Assembly: GCA_944388665.1 (NCBI GenBank)
Contig: CALXJQ010000003.1
Span: 1-47,095, forward strand
DNA from: an uncultured Clostridia bacterium
GTDB lineage: Bacteria > Bacillota > Clostridia > TANB77 > CAG-508
Length of the DNA stretch: 47,095 nucleotides
Direction: 5' to 3'
Position 1 is the first letter of the stretch. Every line of letters begins with the position of its first letter. This document shows positions 1 through 11,220 of this stretch, piece by piece. Below the pieces are notes generated by a model. That model was given only the letters and a program-made list of their open reading frames with translations. It had not been told where the DNA came from and ran no database searches. The position numbers were made by a program, and so were the translations under genes.

Positions 1-97
1 AAACCTCCTTATGACATTTTTATTTTATCATAAGAAGGTTTATTTTTAAACTTTACACAAATTATTCTATATACTCTAAAGACGTGTTTTGCGTACC

Positions 98-128
98 AAA
101 AAAAGAAAGCCACAAAGCTTTCTTTTTT
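98..128 (-). terminator. Intrinsic terminator after acpP
   Basis: AAAAAAGAAAGC-cacaaa-GCTTTCTTTTTT hairpin overlapping the acpP stop, with a U tract on the minus strand. Confidence 0.75.
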
Positions 129-369
129 ATTTTACATGTTCTTTTATGTAGTCAACAACATCTCCTACTGTTGCTACTTTTTCTGCGTCAGCATCTGGAA
201 TTTCTATGTCGAATTCTTCTTCTATAGCCATTACTAATTCAACTATATCTAGTGAATCAGCACCTAGATCATCTATAAATGATGCCTCTAATGTAACGGC
301 ATTTTCTGCAACTCCTAATTGTTCAACTATTATTCCTTTTACTTTCTCTAAAATTTCTTCTGAACTCAT
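127..369 (-). CDS. acpP: Acyl carrier protein
   Basis: [12 protein letters not shown] phosphopantetheine motif; ATG at 369 chosen downstream of GAGGAGG (ORF track start 384 lies inside the RBS). Confidence 0.97.
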   Translation of the reverse strand: MSSEEILEKVKGIIVEQLGVAENAVTLEASFIDDLGADSLDIVELVMAIEEEFDIEIPDADAEKVATVGDVVDYIKEHVK

Positions 370-516
370 AATACTAGAGTTCACCTCCTCTCAAGTTAAC
401 AAATACGATTTTATTATTATTAATTATTTGCATATTTCATTTATATTATATGTTTTTGTTTTTGTCAAGTAGATTGGCTAAAATAATTTATTTTATACTG
501 ATAAGTCAGTTACCTT

Positions 517-1560
517 TTATTTATCTTTAGGAATTTTATCAAATTCTTCTATCATTTTATCTACTGCTTTGTTCTCTACAAATTTTTCTGCCTGTATTAT
601 AGTGTATTCAAATAACAGTGCATCACTGCTTCCATGTGCTTTTACTACTGGCTTTTTTACCCCTAAGAATAGTGCTCCGCCATAAGATTTGTAATCCATT
701 TTTTTACTAAATCTCTTTATTGCTGGCAAAGCAGGAACTGCAAGTATTTTGCTAAGTAGGTTTTTAGTCAAGCTTTCTGTTAATGTTCTCTTAACAAATT
801 TACCTAATCCTTCTGTAGTTTTTAAAAATACATTTCCTGTAAAACCATCTGTTACTATAGCATCAATTTTACCTGAAAAAGCATCTCTACCTTCTACATT
901 TCCTACAAAGTTGATATTTAACTTCTCAGCTTTTTCTTTTAACAAATTATAGCTTTCTCGTACTAATTCGTTCCCTTTAGTTTCCTCTGTACCAATATTT
1001 AACAACCCTATCGCAGGATTTTCTATTCCAAAAGTATTTTTTAGATATATGCTAGACATTTGTGCAAATTGCAATAAATTTATAGGTTTGCAATTAGTGT
1101 TTGAGCCAGCATCAATCAATAGCAGTTGGCTCTTATATGCCGGCAATATACCTGCTAAAGCAGGCCTATCTATCCCTTTTATTCTGCCTACTATCAAAGT
1201 TGCGCCAGTTAACAATGCACCTGAATTACCTGCAGAAATGAAAACATCTCCCTGGCCTTCTTTTAACATTCTAAAGCCCACTACCATAGATGAATCTTTT
1301 TTATGCTTTATAGCAACTGTAGGAGTATCTTCCATTTCTATTGTTTCTGTTGCATTTTGTATTTTTAATCTATCTGAAATTTCTTCTATTTCTTTTCCAT
1401 AAAATTCTTTTATTTTGCTTCTTATTACATCTTCTTTGCCTACTAATACTACTTCTGCCTTTACTTTATTTATGCTATTTACAGCACCTTTTATATTGGC
1501 ATCTGGGGCATTATCTCCACCCATCGCATCTAATATGATTTTCACTTTTGATTCCTCCAA
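517..1560 (-). CDS. plsX: Phosphate acyltransferase PlsX
   Basis: LDAMGGDNAP, SAGNSGA, DGFTGNVFLK and KAHGSS motifs; adjacent to acpP. Confidence 0.97.
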   Translation of the reverse strand: MEESKVKIILDAMGGDNAPDANIKGAVNSINKVKAEVVLVGKEDVIRSKIKEFYGKEIEEISDRLKIQNATETIEMEDTPTVAIKHKKDSSMVVGFRMLKEGQGDVFISAGNSGALLTGATLIVGRIKGIDRPALAGILPAYKSQLLLIDAGSNTNCKPINLLQFAQMSSIYLKNTFGIENPAIGLLNIGTEETKGNELVRESYNLLKEKAEKLNINFVGNVEGRDAFSGKIDAIVTDGFTGNVFLKTTEGLGKFVKRTLTESLTKNLLSKILAVPALPAIKRFSKKMDYKSYGGALFLGVKKPVVKAHGSSDALLFEYTIIQAEKFVENKAVDKMIEEFDKIPKDK

Positions 1561-1632
1561 ATCGTACTTATTTCATTATATCGTTAACAGTAATATTTTA
1601 TTATTGTTTTTAGAAAAAAGCAAGTCTTTTTT

Positions 1633-2715
1633 TTAATCCACATATATTTTTTCATCTTTATCATTGATATAGTAATATTTATTTTCATAATAATCATACT
1701 GCAATTTTCCTCTTTTATCATTATCAGATAAATCCAAGTTAAATTCTTTTGGTATGACTTTATTTATTCCTAGCAAAACTGAAAATGCTAAATAATCTTC
1801 CCATAAATATACTTCTATAGCTTTTCTATTTTCAATCAAAGAATATTCTTTCAAGTATTCTTCTAGCCTTTTTAGTTTATCTCTATATTGAATGGCTGTA
1901 CCTGTATACACGTGCGCTTTAGTAAATTTAATATATTCTGCTATTGCAATAATAAAAAATATTACTGACTCTGCAACAATTGTATTCCACATAATATATG
2001 GAAAAATTTCTCCTAAAACATATAGCTGAACACAGTATATAACAATGCATAAAATGAATTCTATAATTATACTTTTACGCTCGTCTTTTGAACTATATTT
2101 CATCATTTCGTCATGAATTAATTTATTTTTTAGAGCCTTTAATAAATCCTTTGAATAATTAATGCCTTTCATATTCAAAAACAGAAGTATTGTTATAGCG
2201 ACCATTAACAGAATAACTATAACAGGACTTATAAATGTCCACAATATAGGTATTAATAATATAGCCAAGAATTCTAGTGCTCTGAAAAAATACTTTCTCT
2301 TTTGCTTAAACTTTTTTGAATCTATTAACTTATCTGCCATCGCCTCTTGAATTATTAGTTCTTTTATGTTCTTTTTATGTGTGGCAATTATATTATTCTC
2401 AGATACTCTCAATTCATTTAATGTTAGTCTACCATCACCATCTGAGTCCATAATTTTTAGGCACTCATATATAAATGTTTCTGATATGCGCAATTTTTTT
2501 GTTCCATTTTTTATGTTTATAACAAGTTCATTTTCATTTGTTTTATTAAGCTCCACGTAACCTTTTTTGTGCAACCTTAAAATGGTACTTATAATGATTC
2601 TATTCAAAACATTTTTTTCCAAAATATCATCATAATAAAGTAAAGCACTTTCGCCCATACTAAAATTTTCATCTATATCATTTCGATTATATTTTTTTTC
2701 CATAATCTCCCCCAA
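1633..2715 (-). CDS. Membrane protein, possibly DUF2207-like
   Basis: About 4 hydrophobic segments; C-terminal LWEDYLAFSVLLG resembles the DUF2207 tail (recognised by eye). Confidence 0.6.
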   Translation of the reverse strand: MGEIMEKKYNRNDIDENFSMGESALLYYDDILEKNVLNRIIISTILRLHKKGYVELNKTNENELVINIKNGTKKLRISETFIYECLKIMDSDGDGRLTLNELRVSENNIIATHKKNIKELIIQEAMADKLIDSKKFKQKRKYFFRALEFLAILLIPILWTFISPVIVILLMVAITILLFLNMKGINYSKDLLKALKNKLIHDEMMKYSSKDERKSIIIEFILCIVIYCVQLYVLGEIFPYIMWNTIVAESVIFFIIAIAEYIKFTKAHVYTGTAIQYRDKLKRLEEYLKEYSLIENRKAIEVYLWEDYLAFSVLLGINKVIPKEFNLDLSDNDKRGKLQYDYYENKYYYINDKDEKIYVD

Positions 2716-2760
2716 TTAAAGTGATTATACCACAAAAACAAATTTTTTTCAAAAAAAATA

Positions 2761-2794
2761 AAAGACTACCAAAATATATATCTTGGTAGTCTTT
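2761..2794 (-). terminator. Intrinsic terminator after tuf
   Basis: AAAGACTACCAA / TTGGTAGTCTTT inverted repeat, then a U-rich tract on the minus strand. Confidence 0.85.
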
Positions 2795-2813
2795 AATGTT
2801 TTTGATATGATTA

Positions 2814-4016
2814 TTATTCAATTATATCAGCAACAACACCTGAACCAACTGTTCTACCACCTTCACGAATAGCGAATCTTAATCCTTTTTCGATAGCGAT
2901 AGGTGTAATTAATTCGATTGTCATTGAGATATTATCTCCTGGCATAACCATTTCAGTTCCTGCAGGTAATTCGATAACACCTGTAACGTCTGTTGTTCTG
3001 AAATAGAATTGTGGTCTATATCCATTGAAGAATGGTGTATGACGTCCACCCTCTTCTTTAGTCAATACATATACTTGAGCTGTGAATTTTGTATGTGGAT
3101 GTATTGAACCTGGTTTACATAGAACTTGACCTCTTTCGATGTCTTTTCTATCTATACCTCTTAATAATGCTCCTATATTATCTCCAGCTTCTGCTTCGTC
3201 TAATACTTTTCTGAACATTTCAAGACCTGTTATAACAGTTTTCTTTCTTTCAGTTGTTAAACCGATAATTTCAACTTCATCACCGATTTTTACTTGTCCT
3301 CTTTCTACTCTACCTGTTGCAACTGTACCACGACCTGTGATTGTGAATACGTCTTCAACTGGCATTAAGAATGGTTGATCAATTGGTCTTTGTGGTGTTG
3401 GAATATAGTTATCAACTGCATCCAATAATTCTTTTATTGGTTGATATACTGGATCATTAGGGTCTTTAGATGTACTTTCTAGTACTTTTAAAGATGAACC
3501 TTTTATAACTGGAACTTCATCACCTGGGAATCCATATTCAGTTAATAGGTCTCTAACTTCCATTTCAACTAATTCTAGTAATTCTGGATCGTCTACCATA
3601 TCACATTTGTTTAAGTAAACAACGATGTATTTAACACCAACTTGTCTAGCAAGCAAAATGTGCTCTCTTGTTTGAGGCATTGGACCATCTGCTGCTGATA
3701 CAACTAATATTGCACCATCCATTTGTGCAGCACCTGTAATCATGTTTTTAACATAGTCTGCGTGTCCTGGGCAGTCAACGTGTGCATAGTGTCTCTTATC
3801 TGTTTCATATTCAACGTGAGCAGTATTAATTGTGATTCCTCTTGCTTTTTCTTCTGGTGCACTATCAATAGCGTCATAAGCTTCATATTGAGCTTGTCCT
3901 TTTAATGATAAATATTTTGTAATAGCTGCTGTTGTTGTTGTTTTACCATGGTCAACATGGCCGATTGTACCAATGTTAACGTGTGGCTTTGTTCTTTCAA
4001 ATTTTGGTTTTGCCAT
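2814..4016 (-). CDS. tuf: Elongation factor Tu
   Basis: [33 protein letters not shown]. Confidence 0.99.
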   Translation of the reverse strand: MAKPKFERTKPHVNIGTIGHVDHGKTTTTAAITKYLSLKGQAQYEAYDAIDSAPEEKARGITINTAHVEYETDKRHYAHVDCPGHADYVKNMITGAAQMDGAILVVSAADGPMPQTREHILLARQVGVKYIVVYLNKCDMVDDPELLELVEMEVRDLLTEYGFPGDEVPVIKGSSLKVLESTSKDPNDPVYQPIKELLDAVDNYIPTPQRPIDQPFLMPVEDVFTITGRGTVATGRVERGQVKIGDEVEIIGLTTERKKTVITGLEMFRKVLDEAEAGDNIGALLRGIDRKDIERGQVLCKPGSIHPHTKFTAQVYVLTKEEGGRHTPFFNGYRPQFYFRTTDVTGVIELPAGTEMVMPGDNISMTIELITPIAIEKGLRFAIREGGRTVGSGVVADIIE

Positions 4017-4163
4017 TTTTATATCCTCCCTTTTCGTTTGCTATAGAATTTTTAATTATTCTATGCTCATTTATTTTTATAAATTTAATAACATAATTTG
4101 TATAAGCATTTTATAACAAATTTTTAAAAAAATCAATAGATTTTATATAATTTAGCCTTATTT

Positions 4164-6245
4164 TTACTCTTTTTTACCTCTAGCTGCAACTATGTTTTCT
4201 AATACTGACTTTGGAACTTCTTCATAGTGTGATGGTTCCATTGTATAAGTTCCTCTACCTTGTGTTTTAGAACGCAAGTCTGTAGCATATCCAAACATTT
4301 CAGAAAGTGGTACAAATGCATGAATTTCTTGCATTCCATCTTGGCTATCCATACCTTCCATTCTTCCACGTCTTGAGTTAATATCACCAATAACATCACC
4401 CATATATTCTTCTGGGACTGTTATTTCAACTTTCATTATTGGCTCTAATATAACAGATTTAGCTTGTTTACAGCCTTCTTTAAATGCCATAGAAGCTGCA
4501 ATTTTGAATGCCATTTCTGAAGAGTCAACTTCATGGTATGAACCATCAACTAAAGTAACTTTAACATCTGTTACTGGATATCCAGCAAGTACACCTGTCT
4601 CAGCTGCTTCACGCATACCTTGTTCAATTGGCTTAATATATTCCTTAGGAACTGCTCCACCAACAATCTTGCTTTCGAATTCAATTCCTTTACCTGGCTC
4701 TAATGGCTCCATTTCAAACCAAACGTCACCATATTGTCCTTTACCACCAGATTGACGAATAAATTTACCTTGAACTTTTACTTTGTTTCTAATTGTTTCT
4801 TTGTATGCAACTTGAGGTTTACCAACGTTACATTCTACTTTGAATTCTCTCTTTAATCTGTCTACGATTATGTCTAGGTGTAGTTCACCCATACCTGCTA
4901 TAATTGTTTGTCCTGTTTCTTGATTTGTATATGTTTTAAATGTAGGGTCTTCTTCAGCTAGTTTTGATAAAGCTATACCCAATTTTTCTTGAGCTACTTT
5001 ATCTTTAGGTTCAATAGCTACATCTATAACTGGATCTGGGAATTCCATAGATTCTAATATAACTGGATGGTCTGGATCGCATAGAGTATCACCTGTTGTA
5101 ACGTCTTTTAGTCCAACTGCTGCAGCAATATCTCCAGCAAATACTTCTTCTATATCTTGTCTATGGTTTGCATGCATCTGCAAAATTCTTCCGATTCTTT
5201 CCTTTTTATCTTTATTTGCATTTAATACACTTGAACCAGATACTAATGTTCCTGAATATACTCTAAAGAAACATAGTTTTCCAACAAATGGATCTGTTGC
5301 TATTTTAAATGCTAATGCAGCAAATGGCTCATTGTCATCAGTTTTTCTTTCAACTTCATTTCCATCTAAGTCTACACCTTTGATATGTGGTATATCTAGT
5401 GGTGATGGCAAAAAGTCTACAATAGCATTTAATAATTCTTGAACACCTTTGTTTTTATATGAAGAACCACAAGTTACAAGAACAAGTTTATTAGAAATTG
5501 TTCCAGCACGTAAACCTTTTTTGATTTCGTCCTCTGTTAATTCTTCACCATCTAGGTATTTCATCATTAATTCTTCATCTTGATCTGCTGCTGCTTCAAC
5601 CATTTTGTCATGGTATTCTTTAGCTAAGTCTTTCATATCATCAGGGATTTCAAGTTCTTCAATATCTTTGCCTAAATCATCCTTGTGTATATAAGCTTTC
5701 ATTTTTATCAAATCTACAATTCCTTTGAAGTTATCTTCTGCACCAATTGGTAATTGGATTGGAACTGCGTTTGCATGTAATCTAGTTTTTAATTGGTCAA
5801 CACATAGCATGAAGTTAGCTCCAGTTACATCCATTTTATTAACATATACCATTCTTGGTACATGATATTTATCAGCTTGTCTCCAAACTGTTTCTGTTTG
5901 TGGTTGTACACCACCCTTTGCAGCAAGTACTGTAACAGCACTGTCTAAGACTCTTAGAGATCTTTGAACTTCTACTGTAAAGTCAACGTGTCCTGGAGTA
6001 TCAATAATATTTATTCTATTGTTTTTCCAAAAACATGTTGTAGCAGCTGAAGTTATTGTAATACCTCTTTCTTGTTCTTGTGCCATCCAGTCCATTGTAG
6101 CTTCACCTTCGTGAACTTCACCTATTTTATGTGTTTTTCCTGTATAAAATAATATTCTTTCTGTTGTTGTTGTTTTTCCGGCATCTATATGTGCCATAAT
6201 TCCTATATTTCTAGTTCTTTCTAGTGGGTATTGTCTTACTGCCAT
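4164..6245 (-). CDS. fusA: Elongation factor G
   Basis: [36 protein letters not shown]; position in the str operon. Confidence 0.99.
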   Translation of the reverse strand: MAVRQYPLERTRNIGIMAHIDAGKTTTTERILFYTGKTHKIGEVHEGEATMDWMAQEQERGITITSAATTCFWKNNRINIIDTPGHVDFTVEVQRSLRVLDSAVTVLAAKGGVQPQTETVWRQADKYHVPRMVYVNKMDVTGANFMLCVDQLKTRLHANAVPIQLPIGAEDNFKGIVDLIKMKAYIHKDDLGKDIEELEIPDDMKDLAKEYHDKMVEAAADQDEELMMKYLDGEELTEDEIKKGLRAGTISNKLVLVTCGSSYKNKGVQELLNAIVDFLPSPLDIPHIKGVDLDGNEVERKTDDNEPFAALAFKIATDPFVGKLCFFRVYSGTLVSGSSVLNANKDKKERIGRILQMHANHRQDIEEVFAGDIAAAVGLKDVTTGDTLCDPDHPVILESMEFPDPVIDVAIEPKDKVAQEKLGIALSKLAEEDPTFKTYTNQETGQTIIAGMGELHLDIIVDRLKREFKVECNVGKPQVAYKETIRNKVKVQGKFIRQSGGKGQYGDVWFEMEPLEPGKGIEFESKIVGGAVPKEYIKPIEQGMREAAETGVLAGYPVTDVKVTLVDGSYHEVDSSEMAFKIAASMAFKEGCKQAKSVILEPIMKVEITVPEEYMGDVIGDINSRRGRMEGMDSQDGMQEIHAFVPLSEMFGYATDLRSKTQGRGTYTMEPSHYEEVPKSVLENIVAARGKKE

Positions 6246-6350
6246 TTGTATTTATTTCCCCCTCTCTTTCTTGTTTCAACGTTTATACTTTTTCTTCTCC
6301 AATTTTGATTAGAAATGTTCTCACATCTCTGAACCAATCGTAAAACGAAG

Positions 6351-6467
6351 CAAAAGTAGTATATTGTGCATTTTTGTCGAATTATATAGGCTGATGGTGT
6401 ACTCCTTGTACATCGAAGCCTATATAAGAGACGAAAATGTGCAAGATGCTGCTTTTCATTCGTTTTT
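6351..6467 (+). repeat. Long imperfect hairpin (about 120 nt) between rpsG and fusA
   Basis: Nested arms AAAAGTAGTAT/ATGCTGCTTTT, TTGTGCATTTT/AAAATGTGCAA, TTATATAGGCT/AGCCTATATAA, GGTGTAC/GTACATC; the outer arm AAAACGAA/TTCGTTTT extends left to about 6341. Confidence 0.85.
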
Positions 6468-7037
<570 letters not shown>

Positions 7038-7127
7038 TTACTTTTGCGTCTAGTGCTTATATCTATTCTAAATTTAAGTACCTTAATCTAGTAAATTTAG
7101 TAAAATTACAAGCACTTTTTTTAGTTA

Positions 7128-7541
7128 CTATTTCTTTGGCTTTTTAGCTCCATATTTAGAACGTCCTTGCATTCTATCTTTAACACCTGCTGTATCTAAT
7201 GTTCCTCTAATGATGTGGTATCTAACACCTGGAAGGTCTTTTACTCTTCCTCCTCTTATTAATACAACACTGTGTTCTTGTAGGTTATGACCTATACCTG
7301 GAATGTATGATGTAACTTCATAACCATTTGAAAGTCTAACTCTGGCAACTTTTCTTAGAGCTGAGTTTGGCTTCTTAGGTGTAACTGTTTTTACAACTGT
7401 ACATACTCCTCTTTTTTGAGGTGCTCTATTGTTTGTTAGTCTCTTTGTTCTTGAATTCCATCCATGTTGTAGAGCTGGTGCTGTTGATTTTGTTACTCCT
7501 GTTTTTCTTCCTTTTCTTACTAATTGATTAATTGTTGGCAC
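7128..7541 (-). CDS. rpsL: 30S ribosomal protein S12
   Basis: [30 protein letters not shown]. Confidence 0.99.
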   Translation of the reverse strand: MPTINQLVRKGRKTGVTKSTAPALQHGWNSRTKRLTNNRAPQKRGVCTVVKTVTPKKPNSALRKVARVRLSNGYEVTSYIPGIGHNLQEHSVVLIRGGRVKDLPGVRYHIIRGTLDTAGVKDRMQGRSKYGAKKPKK

Positions 7542-7625
7542 TTAAATTTCACCTCCTATTTATTTTTACATTAAAATTAAAATATCGTTATAAAATAGTA
7601 TTTAAAACTATTTATAGCGATATCT

Positions 7626-7654
7626 ATTGTATCATTTTTCTATTCGAAAGTCAA
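7626..7654 (-). promoter_or_regulatory. Sigma-A promoter of the str operon
   Basis: TTGACT-17 bp-TACAAT with a TGn extension on the minus strand. Confidence 0.7.
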
Positions 7655-7721
7655 TCAATTTTTTACTTTTTTTGGCAGTTTTGTAAATTTATATATTATC
7701 TTTCGCCTTTGTCTTTATCAA

Positions 7722-9692
7722 CTACCTTTGTTTATCAACTACCTTTGTTTGCTCTTCTTGACTTTTTGCCATCTTAGTTGGATTTGGAGTAGTAGTTTTA
7801 TATCTGTTTTTATATTGAATAGTTTTCACTTTTTGTCCTATTGCATTATTAATTTTGCTTTCATATCTATATGAATTTCTGCCACCCTTATTATGAGCTA
7901 TCAAATTTTGTGCTACTTTATTCACATTTTCTTTAGTCAAGTTTTCATCCTTTCCTAATACTCCCATTCCACGCAAACTATTTTCTAGTTGTTCGTGACC
8001 TGGTCTGCCAATATATGCTGAAAGTTCAGCCGCCTTTCTTTCTTGTTTACCTGCTCCCAACATTTTAACTTTATTTCTTGCAAATAATGATGGGGCTCTA
8101 TAACTTTCCACTTTAGTTCTCATTACCCTCTCTAAGCTAGTTATTCTTCTTTGTTGTAAGAACTTATCTAGTCGATAACTCTTTTGATAAATATGTTTTA
8201 AATCGAAGTCAGGTTTTACCTCTTCTCTTGAAATACTTTCTCCCTTATTTTTAATATAATTCAAAGATTTACTTGCCTTGCTAATATAATCATGAAGATA
8301 TTCTAATTGATCTATATTTCTTATTGAAGTCAACGCCAATATAACACCTGGATTTAATGATTTCATTAATGTTTTTGGTCTTATTTTAAGTCCATTTTCT
8401 TTTATTACTTTATTGCATGTATTTAAAATTCTTGTAGTATTATACAATTCCTTTTTAGCGCTTCTGCCAAGTTCTTTTCCTAAGTTTTTGACTTCAACAG
8501 TCTTTCCATTTACCATTTCAACTACAACTTTATCAGATTTTTCATCTACTAACATACTTTTAATTCTGTCTTGCATAATAGACACAGGTTGTCCATTTAC
8601 CATTTTTATTCCTTTTGTATCATAGTAAGTGCCATTATCTTGTGGCTGAACTTGTGCTGTTTGCTTAGGTGGTTCAACTGAACTTGTTTTTGAAGCAGCC
8701 CAATTAGAATCAAAAGATTTCTCCTTTGGCATAGCCACATTTGGATCAGCTGGATTTTTTGGTTGGTTGGCACCATCTGGGTCAACTAATTCAATTGTGC
8801 TTTTCCATTGATTTGGCTTCATATTTGGTTCTTGCTTTTGTTGTTCAGCATTATCTGTGTCAACTAATTCAATTGTACTCTTCATCTGAGTTGGTCTCTC
8901 ACTTTGTTCTTGTTTAGTTGATTTTGGAGAGCTATCTTCTTTTTCATATTGACTAGTCCAATAACTAATTGCATCTGCAAAATTATTTTCAAGCTCAGGC
9001 TTTACAGTTCTTGTATTTTCACTTGCTCTATTATTATTTATTGCATTATTAATTGGTTCTACACGTTTTTGCCACCTTTGGTTAATTTCTGCTTTTGTTT
9101 TATCGCAAAGTTCTTTTGCTTGTTTTAATTCTCTTAGATTGTCTTGCATTCCACGATATTCTTCAACTAATTTTCTATATCCATCACCATTAATAACATT
9201 GCCATTTGCATCATACTGATATTTATAGCTACTCATTTCAGCAAGTTTAGCTTGTACTTTTGCATTTGCACTTTTTATATCTGAATCAATAGACATAGAT
9301 TCCTGAGTGAATCTTCTCAACATATTGTCATCTAAGTCTCTATTCTGCTTTTCTCTACTATCTTGCCTATCTTTACGTCCAATGCTAATTTGGTCATTTA
9401 AAATCTTTTTTTGATTATTCAATTTTCCATAAGTAGGATCATTTTTAGCTGCCGCAATTTGCCTATCATATTCATCTGCAAGTTGCTTTGATTCAAAAGC
9501 ATTAGTTGTATTACTTAGCATGTTTTTCTTTTCTTGTTCCAATCTTTGTATATGCAAATCAATTGGTTTTAGTTGTTTGTCTATATCTTCTACCTGCTTT
9601 TTCAAGTTTATGTCACTATTATTCCTATCAATTTGTCTTTTCTGTTTTTCATAATCTGCAATCATACTTTTTACATCTTCTAATTTACCCAT
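7722..9692 (-). CDS. Hypothetical protein with N-terminal coiled coil and low-complexity middle
   Basis: 656 aa ORF with GAAGG RBS-like sequence; Q/K/E/D-rich N-terminus; internal repeat (M/W)KSTIELVD(T/P)D; no family recognised. Confidence 0.8.
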   Translation of the reverse strand: MGKLEDVKSMIADYEKQKRQIDRNNSDINLKKQVEDIDKQLKPIDLHIQRLEQEKKNMLSNTTNAFESKQLADEYDRQIAAAKNDPTYGKLNNQKKILNDQISIGRKDRQDSREKQNRDLDDNMLRRFTQESMSIDSDIKSANAKVQAKLAEMSSYKYQYDANGNVINGDGYRKLVEEYRGMQDNLRELKQAKELCDKTKAEINQRWQKRVEPINNAINNNRASENTRTVKPELENNFADAISYWTSQYEKEDSSPKSTKQEQSERPTQMKSTIELVDTDNAEQQKQEPNMKPNQWKSTIELVDPDGANQPKNPADPNVAMPKEKSFDSNWAASKTSSVEPPKQTAQVQPQDNGTYYDTKGIKMVNGQPVSIMQDRIKSMLVDEKSDKVVVEMVNGKTVEVKNLGKELGRSAKKELYNTTRILNTCNKVIKENGLKIRPKTLMKSLNPGVILALTSIRNIDQLEYLHDYISKASKSLNYIKNKGESISREEVKPDFDLKHIYQKSYRLDKFLQQRRITSLERVMRTKVESYRAPSLFARNKVKMLGAGKQERKAAELSAYIGRPGHEQLENSLRGMGVLGKDENLTKENVNKVAQNLIAHNKGGRNSYRYESKINNAIGQKVKTIQYKNRYKTTTPNPTKMAKSQEEQTKVVDKQR

Positions 9693-9782
9693 TTTTTCAC
9701 ATTCCCTTCTTAAGGCTTAATTATAGTTGAAAAAGAATTGCAAGAGTTTTCTTTTGCCTTAATTTTTACACTTCAGTTACTA

Positions 9783-11171
9783 TTATATCAAGAAATCAAA
9801 AAAATTGCAAGAGTTTAGACTTCTTTCGGCAAGTTTCGTATATCTTAATTTCTTATCTTTAATTTTTTCGCCACCTAATTCTGGTAATATACCAAAATTA
9901 GCATTCATTGGCTGAAATTTTTCATTAGGCGTAGAAATATACTTTGCAAGTGCTCCAATTACAGTTTCTTCTGGAAATATAATTTTTTTGTCATCATTAT
10001 TGTTATTTTGATTTTTCATAAAGTCATTACATGCATTTAAAGCAGCAACCATTCCAGACGAAATTGATTCTACATATCCTTCAACACCTGATATTTGCCC
10101 AGCAAAATATATATTTCTATTTTTTTTCAAGTTATAAGTAGCATCAAGTAGTTTAGGTGAATTTATATAAGTATTTCTATGCATAACACCATACTTAACG
10201 AACTCCGCTTCTTTCAACCCTGGAATCATACTAAATACTCTTTTTTGCTCTCCATATTTAAGGTTTGTCTGAAATCCCACAATATTGTAAATAGTACCTT
10301 CTGTGTTATCTTGCCTCAATTGCACAACCGCATAAGGCCTCTTGCCTGTTCTTGGGTCATCAAAGCCAACCGGTTTTAGGGGTCCAAACCTCAATGTATC
10401 AATTCCTCTTTTTGCCATTATTTCAATTGGCATACAGCCTTCAAAAATTTCCCTTTTCTCAAATTCATGTAAAGTCACAACTTCTGCATTTACCAATTCT
10501 TGCCAAAACTTTTCATATTCCTCTTTATTCATCGGTAAATTAATATAATCACTTTTAGTATCTTTTTGTCTTAATTGCCATTCATCTACCGTTTCATCTT
10601 TCTTCTTTTCTTGGCCATATCTATCCCCATAAAAAGCAATATCAAAATCTATGCTATCCTTAGCAACAATTGGCGCTGCTGCATCATAAAAATATAGCTT
10701 ATCTTCACCTGTCATCTTGCGAATCTGTTCAGCAAGGCCTTCAGATGTCAGCGGTCCTGTTGCAATTATCACGATTCCATCTTTCGCCATTTCTGAAACA
10801 TCAGTCACCTCTTCATGCACAACTTCTATTAACTTATTAGATTCAATCCTTTTTGTAACCGCTTCAGAGAACTTCTCTCTATCAACCGCCAGTGCCTGTC
10901 CAGCTGGCACACTTGTCTCAGAAGCAATCTCCATAAGTAAAGACCCTAGTCTTCTTAGCTCTTCTTTTAGTAAGCCGCACGCATTAGTCAACAAATTTGA
11001 CTTAAAAGAATTACTGCACACAATCTCTGCCAATTTGTCACTATTATGCGCAGGTGAATATTTAAACGGTTTCATTTCATATAGCCTTACCATAATTCCT
11101 CTTTTAGCAATTTGATATGCTGCTTCAGTTCCTGCTAGTCCTCCTCCAACCACAGTTATATAATTAACCAT
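9783..11171 (-). CDS. trmFO: tRNA (uracil-54) methyltransferase TrmFO (Gid)
   Basis: [13 protein letters not shown]-binding motif, [25 protein letters not shown]; second ATG chosen by spacing from AGGAG. Confidence 0.96.
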   Translation of the reverse strand: MVNYITVVGGGLAGTEAAYQIAKRGIMVRLYEMKPFKYSPAHNSDKLAEIVCSNSFKSNLLTNACGLLKEELRRLGSLLMEIASETSVPAGQALAVDREKFSEAVTKRIESNKLIEVVHEEVTDVSEMAKDGIVIIATGPLTSEGLAEQIRKMTGEDKLYFYDAAAPIVAKDSIDFDIAFYGDRYGQEKKKDETVDEWQLRQKDTKSDYINLPMNKEEYEKFWQELVNAEVVTLHEFEKREIFEGCMPIEIMAKRGIDTLRFGPLKPVGFDDPRTGKRPYAVVQLRQDNTEGTIYNIVGFQTNLKYGEQKRVFSMIPGLKEAEFVKYGVMHRNTYINSPKLLDATYNLKKNRNIYFAGQISGVEGYVESISSGMVAALNACNDFMKNQNNNNDDKKIIFPEETVIGALAKYISTPNEKFQPMNANFGILPELGGEKIKDKKLRYTKLAERSLNSCNFFDFLI

Positions 11172-11187
11172 ATTCATCTCTCCTTTT

Positions 11188-11214
11188 GAACTTTAAGGAA
11201 CGTCCCCAAAGTTC
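11188..11214. repeat. REP-like palindrome class A
   Basis: GAACTTTAAGGAACGTCCCCAAAGTTC; 7 near-identical copies in the window. Confidence 0.95.
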
Positions 11215-11220
11215 AATCTA

